Below are positions 1-9,363 of a stretch of 64,000 nt of DNA, one piece after another. The first letter of the stretch is position 1; every line of letters begins with the position of its first letter. This DNA comes from Candidatus Latescibacterota bacterium (GTDB lineage: Bacteria > Latescibacterota > UBA2968). The position numbers were made by a program, and so were the translations under genes. The notes under the pieces were generated by a model that had not been told where the DNA came from, searched no databases, and saw only the letters and a list, made by a program, of their open reading frames with translations. Location: contig JAYODI010000001.1 of assembly GCA_038279365.1 (NCBI GenBank), positions 96,001 through 160,000 of the forward strand, given 5' to 3'.

Positions 1-2782
1 GGGGGCTATGGGGATTGGTGATCGATTGTTTGTAGGGGCACCAGCATCTTTGCCTGATTTTGCTGTGGAACCAGGAGATGTGCGTGTGCGTGTGGGAGAT
101 CATCAGTTGGTGTGGGTGACAACAGATCAAAAAAATGCGAGCAAAGCCATTCGCTGGCGTCAGGTGGGTGGACAATGGGAAACCGTGGCTTTGGAACCCG
201 GTCAAGGCGATGGTGTGTTTGCATACCAACTGCGTCATTTGTTGGTCGATACAGACTATCAGGTTCAAATTGGATCGCTTCGCTCTGCGGTTCATCGCAT
301 TTCCGTGTGGACACCTCCTGAGGTGGTGGCCATTGATTTGACATATCGTTACCCTGACTATTTAAAAATGCCTGATCGGGTGGTGCCTCATGGAGGCGAT
401 ATTGTCGTACCAGAAGGCACCGAAGTGCAGATGGACGTGTTGGTCAATAAAGACATCAAAAAGAGTAGCCTGATATTGGAAAGTGGACAAACTGTTGATT
501 TGTCTCATATAGAAGGTGGGATATGGCGTGCGGAGATGACCGTGCTTGAAGATGACCATTACAAGATTTTGTTATACGATTTGGAAGATGAAACCAATAC
601 CAAACCTCGAGACTATAAAATAACTGCTCAAGCAGATGACCCACCCGATATTCGCATTCGGTTTCCTCGGGGAGATGACGAAGCAACACCATTGGAAGAA
701 GTGTCATTTGGATTTGTTGTGAAAGATGATTATGGGGTGTTTGATTATGGGGTGCAATATGAGGTTGCGGGGCGTGAGCCAGTGTGGGTGTCGCTTAAAA
801 AGAGTGATGGGCGTTTTGAAAAGATTGAAGACGAATTTTTGCTCGCTTTAGAAGATGCGAAGGTTGAACCCGGCGATTTTGTAACTTGGACCGTATGGGC
901 AGACGATGGCAAACCGGGGCGTGATGGGGTGGAGCGATTGGGTGACCCTTATTTTTTGGAGGTGCGTCCATTTGCACGGTTTTATCGGCAGGCCATTAGC
1001 GATGCTGGGCAACAACAAGGTCAGACGGGTGGGCAACAGCCAGAGACCGATCAGAAACAAGTGATTATTGCCACTTGGAATTTGCGCAAAAGGGCGAAGT
1101 TGTTATTGGCTGAAGAGTTTGAACAAAATCGAATGGCCATTGTAGAAGCACAAAAAACCGTTCAGGCGCAACAATCTATGAACCAAGCCATTGCTGGGGC
1201 ACAAGGAGCCACATTGGTGGCAGATTTAAACCGTGAATTGACAGAGGCACTAACGGCTTTGGGTGAAGCAACATTTGCAGATCCTGATGCGGCCTTGGTG
1301 CGTGCATTGGCACATGAGCAACGGGCATATCGTTTGATGTTGCAACGCAAACCCCAAGAATCGCAAGTGACACAAAACAATCGTCAACGTGGCGGGCAAG
1401 GAGGGGGGCAACGAGATGGACAACAACGTGAGCTGGATGGGCTTGAGTTGGCACAGCGACGCGATTTTAGAGAAGAGGCCTCTACGGTAGAACAGCAATT
1501 GGCAGAGGCGACACAGGCGCGCAATCAGATTGAAGATTTGACTCGAAGACAAGCAGCTATTAATGAAGATATGGCACGTTTGATTTCTGAAATGCAATCT
1601 ATGGAAGAAGCGGAACGCGAAGAGGCCAAACGGCGTTTGGCACAGCTCCAAGAAGCACAACGACGCACGATGGAATCTTTGGATCGGGTGAATGGCGAAA
1701 TGGCAGCGGGCAATATGGATCCGCAACAAGCTCGCCAAGCCCGTGAACAGTTAGAATCAGCCCGCGAGCAAATGAATCGCAGTGCACAAAATTTGGAAAA
1801 AGATGAGTTGCAGCAAGCACGTGCTGCTGGCAACCGGGCATTGGGGGCATTGCGCGATGTGCAAGAACAATTGACGCAGTTGTCGCGACAAGCTGCCAGC
1901 GAACGCATGCAACGTTTGCAGGCCGGCATGGACAGTTTGCGTGCACAACAACAACGCTTGGTTGAGGCGACCCAAAAACAACAAACGCAACCGGATGAGA
2001 CGTTGTCTTTGGACAAGGGAGATGCGGTGGGCGATCTCTTGGCTGAAAAACGTGCGATGGAAGAGGCTTTTAAGACGATGATGGATGAAGCCAGTGATTT
2101 GGCCGAGAAGTCGGATAAAAGCCAAACACTTATGTCGCAAAATTTGGGCGATTGGTTGCGTGAGACAAGTCGTGAAGGCATTTATGAAGAGATGGTGGAA
2201 GGGGAGCGTTTTTTGCAAGAGGGGCTGTGGGCATCTGCTTCTGCACATGAAAAAGGCGTTCAGAGAAAATTAGATGAGGCTGCTGAGCGTTTAAATGCCG
2301 TTTCGGGTGATTTGGTAAGTGATGACTTGGAAGCTCTGGAACGGGCATTGACACGGGTGCGTGGATTGGCCCAAGAAGCACAAGGTACGCCACGGGATGC
2401 ATCGGGCATGCGAGATTTTGCTGCGGGTGGTTTTCGGGAATGGATGGATGATGTGCGTGAAGCCCAAGCACTGTTGCCCGAAGGAAATGAATCTGGGCTA
2501 CAATTGGGGCGTATTCGCGATGGGCTTGCGGGTATTGGGCGAGACTATCAGCGTGCAGCAAAGGTACCACAATATGATTTGGTTTTTGATGAAGTTATTA
2601 AACCGCTTCAATTGGTGGCTGAAGCATTGGATCGGTCTGTACGTGCCCAACGTGATGCATATGGTTTTTCTGCAGAAAATGTGGATGCAGTGCCCGAAGC
2701 ATACCGCAATCATGTGGCTGAATATTTCAAGGCATTGGCAGAGATGGACGGGACAGGTGAGGGAACGCGAAAAGATGATTGA
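1..2782 (+). CDS. DUF4175-like large membrane-associated coiled-coil protein (probably 5'-truncated by the window edge)
   Basis: 924-aa ORF open at the edge; Ig-like beta region (YRYPDY, DDYG motifs), Q/G-rich linkers, long coiled coil, C-terminal 'VPEAYRNHVAEYFKALAE' typical of this family. Confidence 0.65.
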   Translation, partial: GAMGIGDRLFVGAPASLPDFAVEPGDVRVRVGDHQLVWVTTDQKNASKAIRWRQVGGQWETVALEPGQGDGVFAYQLRHLLVDTDYQVQIGSLRSAVHRISVWTPPEVVAIDLTYRYPDYLKMPDRVVPHGGDIVVPEGTEVQMDVLVNKDIKKSSLILESGQTVDLSHIEGGIWRAEMTVLEDDHYKILLYDLEDETNTKPRDYKITAQADDPPDIRIRFPRGDDEATPLEEVSFGFVVKDDYGVFDYGVQYEVAGREPVWVSLKKSDGRFEKIEDEFLLALEDAKVEPGDFVTWTVWADDGKPGRDGVERLGDPYFLEVRPFARFYRQAISDAGQQQGQTGGQQPETDQKQVIIATWNLRKRAKLLLAEEFEQNRMAIVEAQKTVQAQQSMNQAIAGAQGATLVADLNRELTEALTALGEATFADPDAALVRALAHEQRAYRLMLQRKPQESQVTQNNRQRGGQGGGQRDGQQRELDGLELAQRRDFREEASTVEQQLAEATQARNQIEDLTRRQAAINEDMARLISEMQSMEEAEREEAKRRLAQLQEAQRRTMESLDRVNGEMAAGNMDPQQARQAREQLESAREQMNRSAQNLEKDELQQARAAGNRALGALRDVQEQLTQLSRQAASERMQRLQAGMDSLRAQQQRLVEATQKQQTQPDETLSLDKGDAVGDLLAEKRAMEEAFKTMMDEASDLAEKSDKSQTLMSQNLGDWLRETSREGIYEEMVEGERFLQEGLWASASAHEKGVQRKLDEAAERLNAVSGDLVSDDLEALERALTRVRGLAQEAQGTPRDASGMRDFAAGGFREWMDDVREAQALLPEGNESGLQLGRIRDGLAGIGRDYQRAAKVPQYDLVFDEVIKPLQLVAEALDRSVRAQRDAYGFSAENVDAVPEAYRNHVAEYFKALAEMDGTGEGTRKDD

Positions 2783-2826
2783 GAGACGGATCGGCAACTA
2801 TGCTTGGTATTTTTTTGAGGGGATAA

Positions 2827-5154
2827 ATGCTTGATCCATTATTGACATGGCTTACGGGAAATCGCACATCTTATCAGTCGATCTGGTTTACTTTTGAGAT
2901 GATGGCCAACCCTGTTGCTGCAGTGTTGCTTTTGCTGACATTTTCTGCTGGGCTACTTTTCTGGCGCAAACGCTCGGGGTGGGGTGTGGCGACTGTGCGC
3001 ACTGGTGTGTTGGCATTGGCCTTGTTTTTAATATTGGGGCCCACATTGGTTATGCAACGGATGTCACCGGGCACACACTTTGTGCCCATTTTATTTGATA
3101 ATTCTCAAAGTATGTTGTTGGATGACGCTTCTGGATTAACGCGTGGTAAACAGTTGAAAGCAGTCTATGCGTCATCTTCTTTTGAAAGGGATTTGAAGCA
3201 AACCCATCAGGTGGTGCCTTTTCAATTTGGCGCGCGACCAGAACGCTTGCGCACATTAGAATCGATGGCGTTTGATCAGCCCGAATCGGATATTGGCGGG
3301 AGTGTGCGCGATGTTATTCGACAAATGCAGGGTGTGTCGGTCTCTGCTGTGGTGCTTTTTTCCGATGGTATACAACAGTCTGCCACCCCATTTTTGTTGG
3401 ATAACTTACCAAAGGAGATACCTGTTTTTGTGGTGGGTGTGGGGCAAGAGGGTGGGTGGAACGATTTGGCGCTAACCTCGTTGTCTGTGACACATACACA
3501 TTTTGATCGGGTGGCCGTGGTGGCTCAGGTGCGGGCAGAAAATTTGGTGGGTGAAGCCGTGGAGGTGGCCGTATTAGACGGCACTCGAAAAATTGCAACC
3601 TCTTCTTTTGATGTGGCAGAAGGTGTCATTGACCATCAGGTGCGATTGGAATTTTCACCCCAAGGAGAAGGTTGGCGGTCTTATCAAATGCGGGTAAAAT
3701 TGCGTGCACATGAAAATTTAGATCGAATTGCTGAAAACAATGTGCGTGATTTTGTGGTGGATAACCGCACGCAAAGTTTTCGGATTTTGTATTTTGCAGG
3801 ACGTCCAAATTGGGAGAATAAATTTGTGCGTCGGGCTTTGGATGACGTGCCCCAACTGGCATTGTCGAGCCTGATTCGCATTTCGGGAGCCGAGCGTAAG
3901 TTTGTGTTTCGGGGGCGTGATGCCACCATGGCCAATCCATTGTTTGAAGGTTTTGATGATCAAGCATTAAATGCGCCTCGATATGATGAGGCCGTTTATG
4001 TGCGTTTGGGTGTTGGGGAATCGGAGTTGGCCACTGGATATCCTGAAGATGCATCGGAGCTGTATCGTTATCATATGGTGATTTTGGGTGAGGTGGAGCG
4101 TAACTTTTTTTCTCAGTCCCATTTGGAATTGACGCGTGACTTTGTATCCAAACGAGGGGGCAGTTTGTTGTTGTTGGGAGGCCCACGGTCATTTGCTGAA
4201 GGCGATTGGGATCAATCGGTTTTGGAGCCAGTATTGCCTGTAGTACTGGGTGCATCGGGCAGTTATCGCAAAGAATTGGTGCAGGCCAAACCCACCATTG
4301 AGGGGTTGCTTTCGGGGGTTTGGGCTTTGGACGCTGACCCCAACGCCAATGCCATGAAGTGGTTAGATTTACCAGCCCTTTTTGGTAACAATGGATTTAC
4401 TCAAACACGTGCTGGTGCCACAGTGTTGGCTCGAACCGATGATAAAAAAGAGGCACCGTTGTTTGTGTGGCATCGTTATGGTGAAGGGGTGAGCGCAGTT
4501 TTGGCCACAGGAGAGACATGGGCGTGGCAAATGATGGCGGATCAGACCGATGTGTCTCATGAAAGATTTTGGCGACAGTTGGCGCGTTTTTTGGTGACCC
4601 GCGTTCCTCAGCCCGTTACCCTGATGGCAGGAGGGGAAGATGTGGTGGTGGGTGAAGAGCGTGTGCTCCAATTTATGGTGCGAGATTCTTTATTTAGAGC
4701 ACGAGAAGGTCTGTCGGTGGATGTTACTTTAAAAACAGACCAAAATAAACAGATTCATTTGCCTGTTATAGAATCATTGGATGAGCCTGGGGTTTATACG
4801 GCATCGTTTGTGGCGGAAGTGCCAGGTTTGCACCAATTGGTGGTGACGGGGCGCGATGCGCATGGGGTTGAGGTTGGAAAAATGGAAACTGCTATTTTGT
4901 CACACCCCGATTTGCGTGAGTATGTCTCACCGCGTTATGATCCTCAGTTTTTAAAAACAATGGCTCAAAAAACAGGTGGTGCATTTATTGCCTTGGATGA
5001 CTTAGATGATTTGGCAGCCCAAATTCCGTGGACCGATCATGAAAATGCGGTATTGGATCGGTTTGCACTGTGGCACTGGCCTCCTTTTTATATGGTGCTT
5101 GTGGTGATGATGGGCGCGGAATGGTATTTGCGTCGTAAGCAGGGGCAACCATGA
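2827..5154 (+). CDS. Membrane protein with VWA domain and class I glutamine amidotransferase-like domain
   Basis: N-terminal TM helices; 'FDNSQSM' and 'LFSDG' MIDAS-like motifs; 'GGSLLLLGGPRSF' GATase-like motif; C-terminal TM 'GAEWYLRRK'. Confidence 0.75.
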   Translation: MLDPLLTWLTGNRTSYQSIWFTFEMMANPVAAVLLLLTFSAGLLFWRKRSGWGVATVRTGVLALALFLILGPTLVMQRMSPGTHFVPILFDNSQSMLLDDASGLTRGKQLKAVYASSSFERDLKQTHQVVPFQFGARPERLRTLESMAFDQPESDIGGSVRDVIRQMQGVSVSAVVLFSDGIQQSATPFLLDNLPKEIPVFVVGVGQEGGWNDLALTSLSVTHTHFDRVAVVAQVRAENLVGEAVEVAVLDGTRKIATSSFDVAEGVIDHQVRLEFSPQGEGWRSYQMRVKLRAHENLDRIAENNVRDFVVDNRTQSFRILYFAGRPNWENKFVRRALDDVPQLALSSLIRISGAERKFVFRGRDATMANPLFEGFDDQALNAPRYDEAVYVRLGVGESELATGYPEDASELYRYHMVILGEVERNFFSQSHLELTRDFVSKRGGSLLLLGGPRSFAEGDWDQSVLEPVLPVVLGASGSYRKELVQAKPTIEGLLSGVWALDADPNANAMKWLDLPALFGNNGFTQTRAGATVLARTDDKKEAPLFVWHRYGEGVSAVLATGETWAWQMMADQTDVSHERFWRQLARFLVTRVPQPVTLMAGGEDVVVGEERVLQFMVRDSLFRAREGLSVDVTLKTDQNKQIHLPVIESLDEPGVYTASFVAEVPGLHQLVVTGRDAHGVEVGKMETAILSHPDLREYVSPRYDPQFLKTMAQKTGGAFIALDDLDDLAAQIPWTDHENAVLDRFALWHWPPFYMVLVVMMGAEWYLRRKQGQP

Positions 5155-6203
5155 TGATGTGGAAAATGATGTGCGGCCTTGTGCCTATATTATGCAGGTT
5201 GTCACCTTTGGTTTGGCGGCTTGTTCCAAATGGATTTGGGCTGAGGTGGTGGTGCGCAGGGATGATGATGGGATGTTTTTTGGGGGGGGAGGTTCAGGCC
5301 AAATCATTTCATTTGATTGTCTGTGGCAGTGGGGGAGAGGAAGCGTATGTTGCACAGTTTGAAGATTGGGGGCAGCAGTTACGTCGGGTTTTGGTTGAAC
5401 AATTGGGCCATTTGAATGATCGGGTCTATTTGTTGACGGAGTTGGGCACAGATGCCAATGGCGTGTCTTCTTTGGCAGAAATTAAAAGAATGTGTCAGCA
5501 AATAGGCAAGCGGGTTGATAAAGAAGACGATGTGTTTGTGTATTTAATTGGGCATGGCAGTTATCGGCAAAACATCGCAAAGTTGAATATTGTGGGTGCA
5601 GATCTCACGGCAGATCAGTTACATGAATGGATACAAAAATGGTCGGCTCGACAAGTGGTGGTGATCAATGCGGCATCAACGAGTGCCGCTTTTATGAACG
5701 TATTGAGTGGGCCGGGCCGTATTATTTGTACGAGTACACGCAATGTTGAAGAGCGCAATGCCACACAGTTTATGGCATTTTTCATTCAGGCTCTGGCGGG
5801 GGGAAGTGCCGATCAAAATCGGGATGAGCGGATTTCTGTTTTGGAAGTGTGCCAACAAGCGGGGCTTTTGACCGACGCTTGGTATGCAGAAGAAGGGTAT
5901 TTGGCGACGGAGCATGCATTGTTAGATGATAATGGCGATGGAAAAGGAACACGTTTGACAGATATTGTGCTTCGACAAGGAGATGGAAAAAAAGCAGATC
6001 AATGTTTTTTGTTGGATATTCATTTGCCATTGGGAACATCCAAAGCATTGGGTGACGCTTATTTGGCAGCGATTTCTTCTGTACAAGTGTTAATAGAGAA
6101 AAAAACGGTGTTGGATTCGGTGGCATATGGTATGCAATTGGAGCAGGCATTGCTCAAAGCTGCTCGAATTAATCGTCAAATAAGAGAGAAAAATGATCCG
6201 TAG
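5151..6203 (+). CDS. Exported caspase/C13-fold hypothetical protein
   Basis: 'VFVYLIGHGS' and 'VINAASTSAAF' motifs; start overlaps the upstream stop (ATGA), so same operon; exact start uncertain. Confidence 0.55.
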   Translation: MMMWKMMCGLVPILCRLSPLVWRLVPNGFGLRWWCAGMMMGCFLGGEVQAKSFHLIVCGSGGEEAYVAQFEDWGQQLRRVLVEQLGHLNDRVYLLTELGTDANGVSSLAEIKRMCQQIGKRVDKEDDVFVYLIGHGSYRQNIAKLNIVGADLTADQLHEWIQKWSARQVVVINAASTSAAFMNVLSGPGRIICTSTRNVEERNATQFMAFFIQALAGGSADQNRDERISVLEVCQQAGLLTDAWYAEEGYLATEHALLDDNGDGKGTRLTDIVLRQGDGKKADQCFLLDIHLPLGTSKALGDAYLAAISSVQVLIEKKTVLDSVAYGMQLEQALLKAARINRQIREKNDP

Positions 6204-6382
6204 TTGATCACTTTTACTTTTATGCTATGGGCTAAAAATGGGCATAAATTTCCCTAATTGGTGGCATGAAAAATGTTTTTGTATTGTAAGTATTTGTAAA
6301 ATAATAATCTTATGACATTTTGTGTCTTTTGTGGCAAATTAAATGTTTTTTTATAAAACCCCTATTTTTTCTTTAAATCCTG

Positions 6383-6411
6383 TTGACATAGGGGTTTCAA
6401 TCCAGTATTTT
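6383..6411 (+). promoter_or_regulatory. Sigma70-type promoter of the first csp gene
   Basis: TTGACA (6383-6388), 17-bp spacer, TATTTT (6406-6411), just upstream of the conserved leader. Confidence 0.6.
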
Positions 6412-6424
6412 ATCCTCAATATAG

Positions 6425-6560
6425 ATAGTTGAGCAGTTCTGTTTCCTATGCATGTGATTTAAAAATATGACGAGGCAAGGATCAGAAGTTCAAGTCCTTG
6501 CCGTTTTTGTATTTAAGATACATTGCATACGTTTTTCAGTAGAAAGGTGGTGAAGTACCA
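6425..6560 (+). promoter_or_regulatory. csp 5' leader copy 1 with terminator-like hairpin
   Basis: Near-identical to 6824-6955; stem GGCAAGGAT/GTCCTTGCC followed by a T-rich tract. Confidence 0.65.
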
Positions 6561-6761
6561 GTGGCACAAGGAACCGTAAAGTGGTTTAATGACTCTAAAG
6601 GTTTTGGCTTTATCGAACAAGAAGATGGCGAAGATGTATTTGTACATTTTTCTGCTATCCAAGGTGATGGCTTTAAAACTTTGGCAGAAGGTGATCGTGT
6701 AGAATTTGAAGTTCAACAAGGTCCCAAAGGATTGCAATCTGCAAATGTGGTGAAAATCTAA
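6561..6761 (+). CDS. cspA: Cold-shock protein (CspA family)
   Basis: 66 aa; RNP1 KGFGFI and RNP2 VFVHF; GTG start after an AAGGTGGTGA RBS. Confidence 0.97.
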   Translation: MAQGTVKWFNDSKGFGFIEQEDGEDVFVHFSAIQGDGFKTLAEGDRVEFEVQQGPKGLQSANVVKI

Positions 6762-6823
6762 GATCATCTTTATTAAAAACAGCACCGGATAATTTAATCC
6801 AGTATTTTTTAATATTCAGATCA

Positions 6824-6955
6824 ATAGTTGAGCAGTTCTGTTTCCTATGCATGTGATTCAAAAATATGACGAGGCAAGGATCAGAAGTTCAAATCCTTGC
6901 TTTTTTTGTATTTAAGATACAATGCAATGTTCTCGTAGAAAGGTGGTGAAGTACA
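6824..6955 (+). promoter_or_regulatory. csp 5' leader copy 2 with terminator-like hairpin
   Basis: Direct repeat of 6425-6560; stem GCAAGGAT/ATCCTTGC followed by T7. Confidence 0.65.
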
Positions 6956-7156
6956 GTGGCAGAAGGAACCGTAAAGTGGTTTAATGACTCTAAGGGTTTT
7001 GGCTTTATCGAACAAGAAGACGGCGAAGACGTGTTTGTGCACTTTTCAGCTGTTCAAGGTGATGGCTTTAAGACCTTGTCCGAAGGTGATCGTGTCGAAT
7101 TTGAAATTCAACAAGGTCCCAAAGGATTGCAAGCAGCAAACGTTGTGAAGGTCTAA
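6956..7156 (+). CDS. cspA: Cold-shock protein (CspA family), tandem paralog
   Basis: 66 aa, nearly identical to 6561-6761; same RNP motifs. Confidence 0.97.
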   Translation: MAEGTVKWFNDSKGFGFIEQEDGEDVFVHFSAVQGDGFKTLSEGDRVEFEIQQGPKGLQAANVVKV

Positions 7157-7184
7157 GCGATTCTTCATTAAAATGAGCTGTGTG

Positions 7185-7220
7185 AAAGGATGCTACTTTA
7201 TGTAGCATCCTTTTTTTATT
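7185..7220 (+). terminator. Intrinsic terminator after the csp pair
   Basis: AAAGGATGCTAC / GTAGCATCCTTT stem plus T tract. Confidence 0.85.
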
Positions 7221-7302
7221 TGTATTTCGGCTACAACACGCGTTATCTTGGCAGACAATGGAAAGCATTGTTGTCATTGGTCAGAAGGAAAGGTATGCAG
7301 AT

Positions 7303-8193
7303 ATGATGTTAACGGATAAACAGGTGGCAGATTTTTGGGAAAATGGATTCATCATTGCGCGTGCTGCATTGACCTCGGCTGATTTACAACCGGTTATTGA
7401 TGAGTTAAGCGCATTTATTGATATGCGTGCTCAAAAGCTCAAAGCAGAAGGTAAAATTGAGCATTTGTATGAGGATGAACCTTTTGAAAAAAGGTATGGA
7501 TTGCTTTTTAAACAAAGCAAAGAAATTGGATTGGGCATTGATATTATGCAGTTGCGTGGCCGTGCCATGTTTGAATTTTTGCACAATGACAATTTGGTCG
7601 ATATTGCCGAATCTTTGGTTGGGCCTGAAGTCACGTGTAACCCAATTCAGCATGTGCGTGCCAAACCACCTGTAGCTTATGAAGCGCATGAAGGCCCGAG
7701 TTTTCACAATGTGCCTTGGCATCAAGATGCTGGGGTGATGATGCCCGAAGCCGATGGTTCGCGCGTCTTGACGTTTTGGTTGCCACTTGGAGATGCCACT
7801 GCGCAGATGGGGTGTATGCGTGTATTGCCTGGTGTGCCCCAATTACATGGTTATCTCAAACATCAAAAAGAGGGTGGCACCACCATTTGGCCCGAGTTGT
7901 TGCCCAATATAGAACCGGTGGTTGCTGCATGCCAAAAAGGTGATGTGGTAATTATGGACAAGTTTACACCGCATAGTTCAACACCCAATCGCACCGATTT
8001 ATGTCGATGGTCTTTGGATTTGCGGTATCAACCAACGGGGGAACACACGGGGCGAACAGCGCATCCTGAATTTGTGGTGCGAAGTGCGAATAACCCAAAC
8101 AGTGTGATGCGTGATTATGACGAATGGTGTCGGTTGTGGATAGATGCGTTTCAGAACCCGCGAGGTGTGTCGATGCATCGCAATGAGCGATAG
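7303..8193 (+). CDS. Phytanoyl-CoA dioxygenase (PhyH) family Fe(II)/2OG oxygenase
   Basis: 'PWHQD' HxD motif, distal 'TPHSS' His, 'RWSLDLRY'; start moved to the ATG behind a purine-rich RBS. Confidence 0.85.
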   Translation: MMLTDKQVADFWENGFIIARAALTSADLQPVIDELSAFIDMRAQKLKAEGKIEHLYEDEPFEKRYGLLFKQSKEIGLGIDIMQLRGRAMFEFLHNDNLVDIAESLVGPEVTCNPIQHVRAKPPVAYEAHEGPSFHNVPWHQDAGVMMPEADGSRVLTFWLPLGDATAQMGCMRVLPGVPQLHGYLKHQKEGGTTIWPELLPNIEPVVAACQKGDVVIMDKFTPHSSTPNRTDLCRWSLDLRYQPTGEHTGRTAHPEFVVRSANNPNSVMRDYDEWCRLWIDAFQNPRGVSMHRNER

Positions 8194-8291
8194 GATGCTT
8201 TTTCATATATGGTTGGTGATGGGATGTAAGATGTTTTGGGATATATGGCTGGTGATCCGAATTGATTGATCATAAACATGGGAGGCAGGCT

Positions 8292-9308
8292 ATGGCGGGT
8301 TCTTATTTTGCGGGGTTGGATATTGGTGGTACAAGTGTAAAAGCCATTTTGGTGGATGCATCAGGAGGGCCAGTAGGCACATTGGTTGAGGTGCCCAGTC
8401 GTGTAAAGGATGGCTATTTGGCTACATTTGCACAATTGGAAGAGGCCTTGCGTTTGTTGGCCGATGGGGTAGGTATTGCGCCAAGTGAAATTGGGGGTGT
8501 GGGGTTGGATGTACCTGCTCCGAGCAGTGGTGGGGTGATTTGGGTACAGGCCAATTTGGGGAAGGATTGGGTGGGAACAAATATACGCGATGAATTTTCA
8601 CAACGCATCAAATTGCCTGTGTATATGACCAATGACGGCAATGCGGCCGCAGCGGGCGAGTATGCGGCGCGGCCCAATTATGAAGGTGGGTTGTTGCTGG
8701 TTGCTCCAGGTACGGGCTTGGGAGGAGGTTTGGTATTGCCTGGTGGAGGCATTTATGAAGGGGCAAATGGTTTGGCACTGGAAGTGGGGCATATGTCTGT
8801 GCCTTTTTATGAAGATGACGGCACCTTGCCCAATTGCTCGTGTGGTTTGGTGGGGTGTGCTGAAGCGTGGGTGTCTTTGGTTGCGTTGCGGAGGCGGTTG
8901 GGTATTGAACTGGCAAAACCACAGTGGGCAGACCACGCTTTAAATAAATCGGATGATGATATTGTTCAAAAGGCTTATCGGTTGCGTGATTTTGCAGCCC
9001 AGGGTGATCCATTTGCGGTAGGGCTTTTTAAAGATCAAGGATTTAAACTTGGATATGCCATTGCAGATATGGTGCGTTTGTTTGACCCAGGTTTGGTAAT
9101 TATTGGGGGCGGGTTGGCAGAAACGTCATTTCGAGACCAGTATATGGACTGGGTGCTAGAAGGTTTTGATGTGCGTGCATGGCCTATTTATCAGAAAAAC
9201 CCTTTGGATGAAACGGCTATTTCTACGCGCTTTGAATGGGCAAGCGGCGGAGATTCGGCGGCAGCTTTAGGCATGGCGTTTGTTGCACAGGCATTGTTTG
9301 GAAAATAG
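8292..9308 (+). CDS. ROK family sugar kinase
   Basis: 'GLDIGGT', 'NDGNAAAAGE', 'GTGLGGG', Zn motif 'EVGH...CSCG..GCAE'; no HTH; GGAGG RBS. Confidence 0.9.
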   Translation: MAGSYFAGLDIGGTSVKAILVDASGGPVGTLVEVPSRVKDGYLATFAQLEEALRLLADGVGIAPSEIGGVGLDVPAPSSGGVIWVQANLGKDWVGTNIRDEFSQRIKLPVYMTNDGNAAAAGEYAARPNYEGGLLLVAPGTGLGGGLVLPGGGIYEGANGLALEVGHMSVPFYEDDGTLPNCSCGLVGCAEAWVSLVALRRRLGIELAKPQWADHALNKSDDDIVQKAYRLRDFAAQGDPFAVGLFKDQGFKLGYAIADMVRLFDPGLVIIGGGLAETSFRDQYMDWVLEGFDVRAWPIYQKNPLDETAISTRFEWASGGDSAAALGMAFVAQALFGK

Positions 9309-9363
9309 AATATGTAGGCAAGTAGATGGATGGGTGAATATGTTGATGACTTGAGGTGCTTTT

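Noticed and set aside
1250-2834. Several 100-220 aa alternative-frame ORFs here and similar ones throughout the window
   Set aside because: They lie within or antisense to well-supported genes and have no recognisable motifs; treated as shadow ORFs
6474-6502. tRNA-like element in the csp leaders (GTTCAAGTCC / GTTCAAATCC resembles a T-loop)
   Set aside because: The flanking bases do not form a T-stem, and there is no D-arm, anticodon arm or acceptor stem
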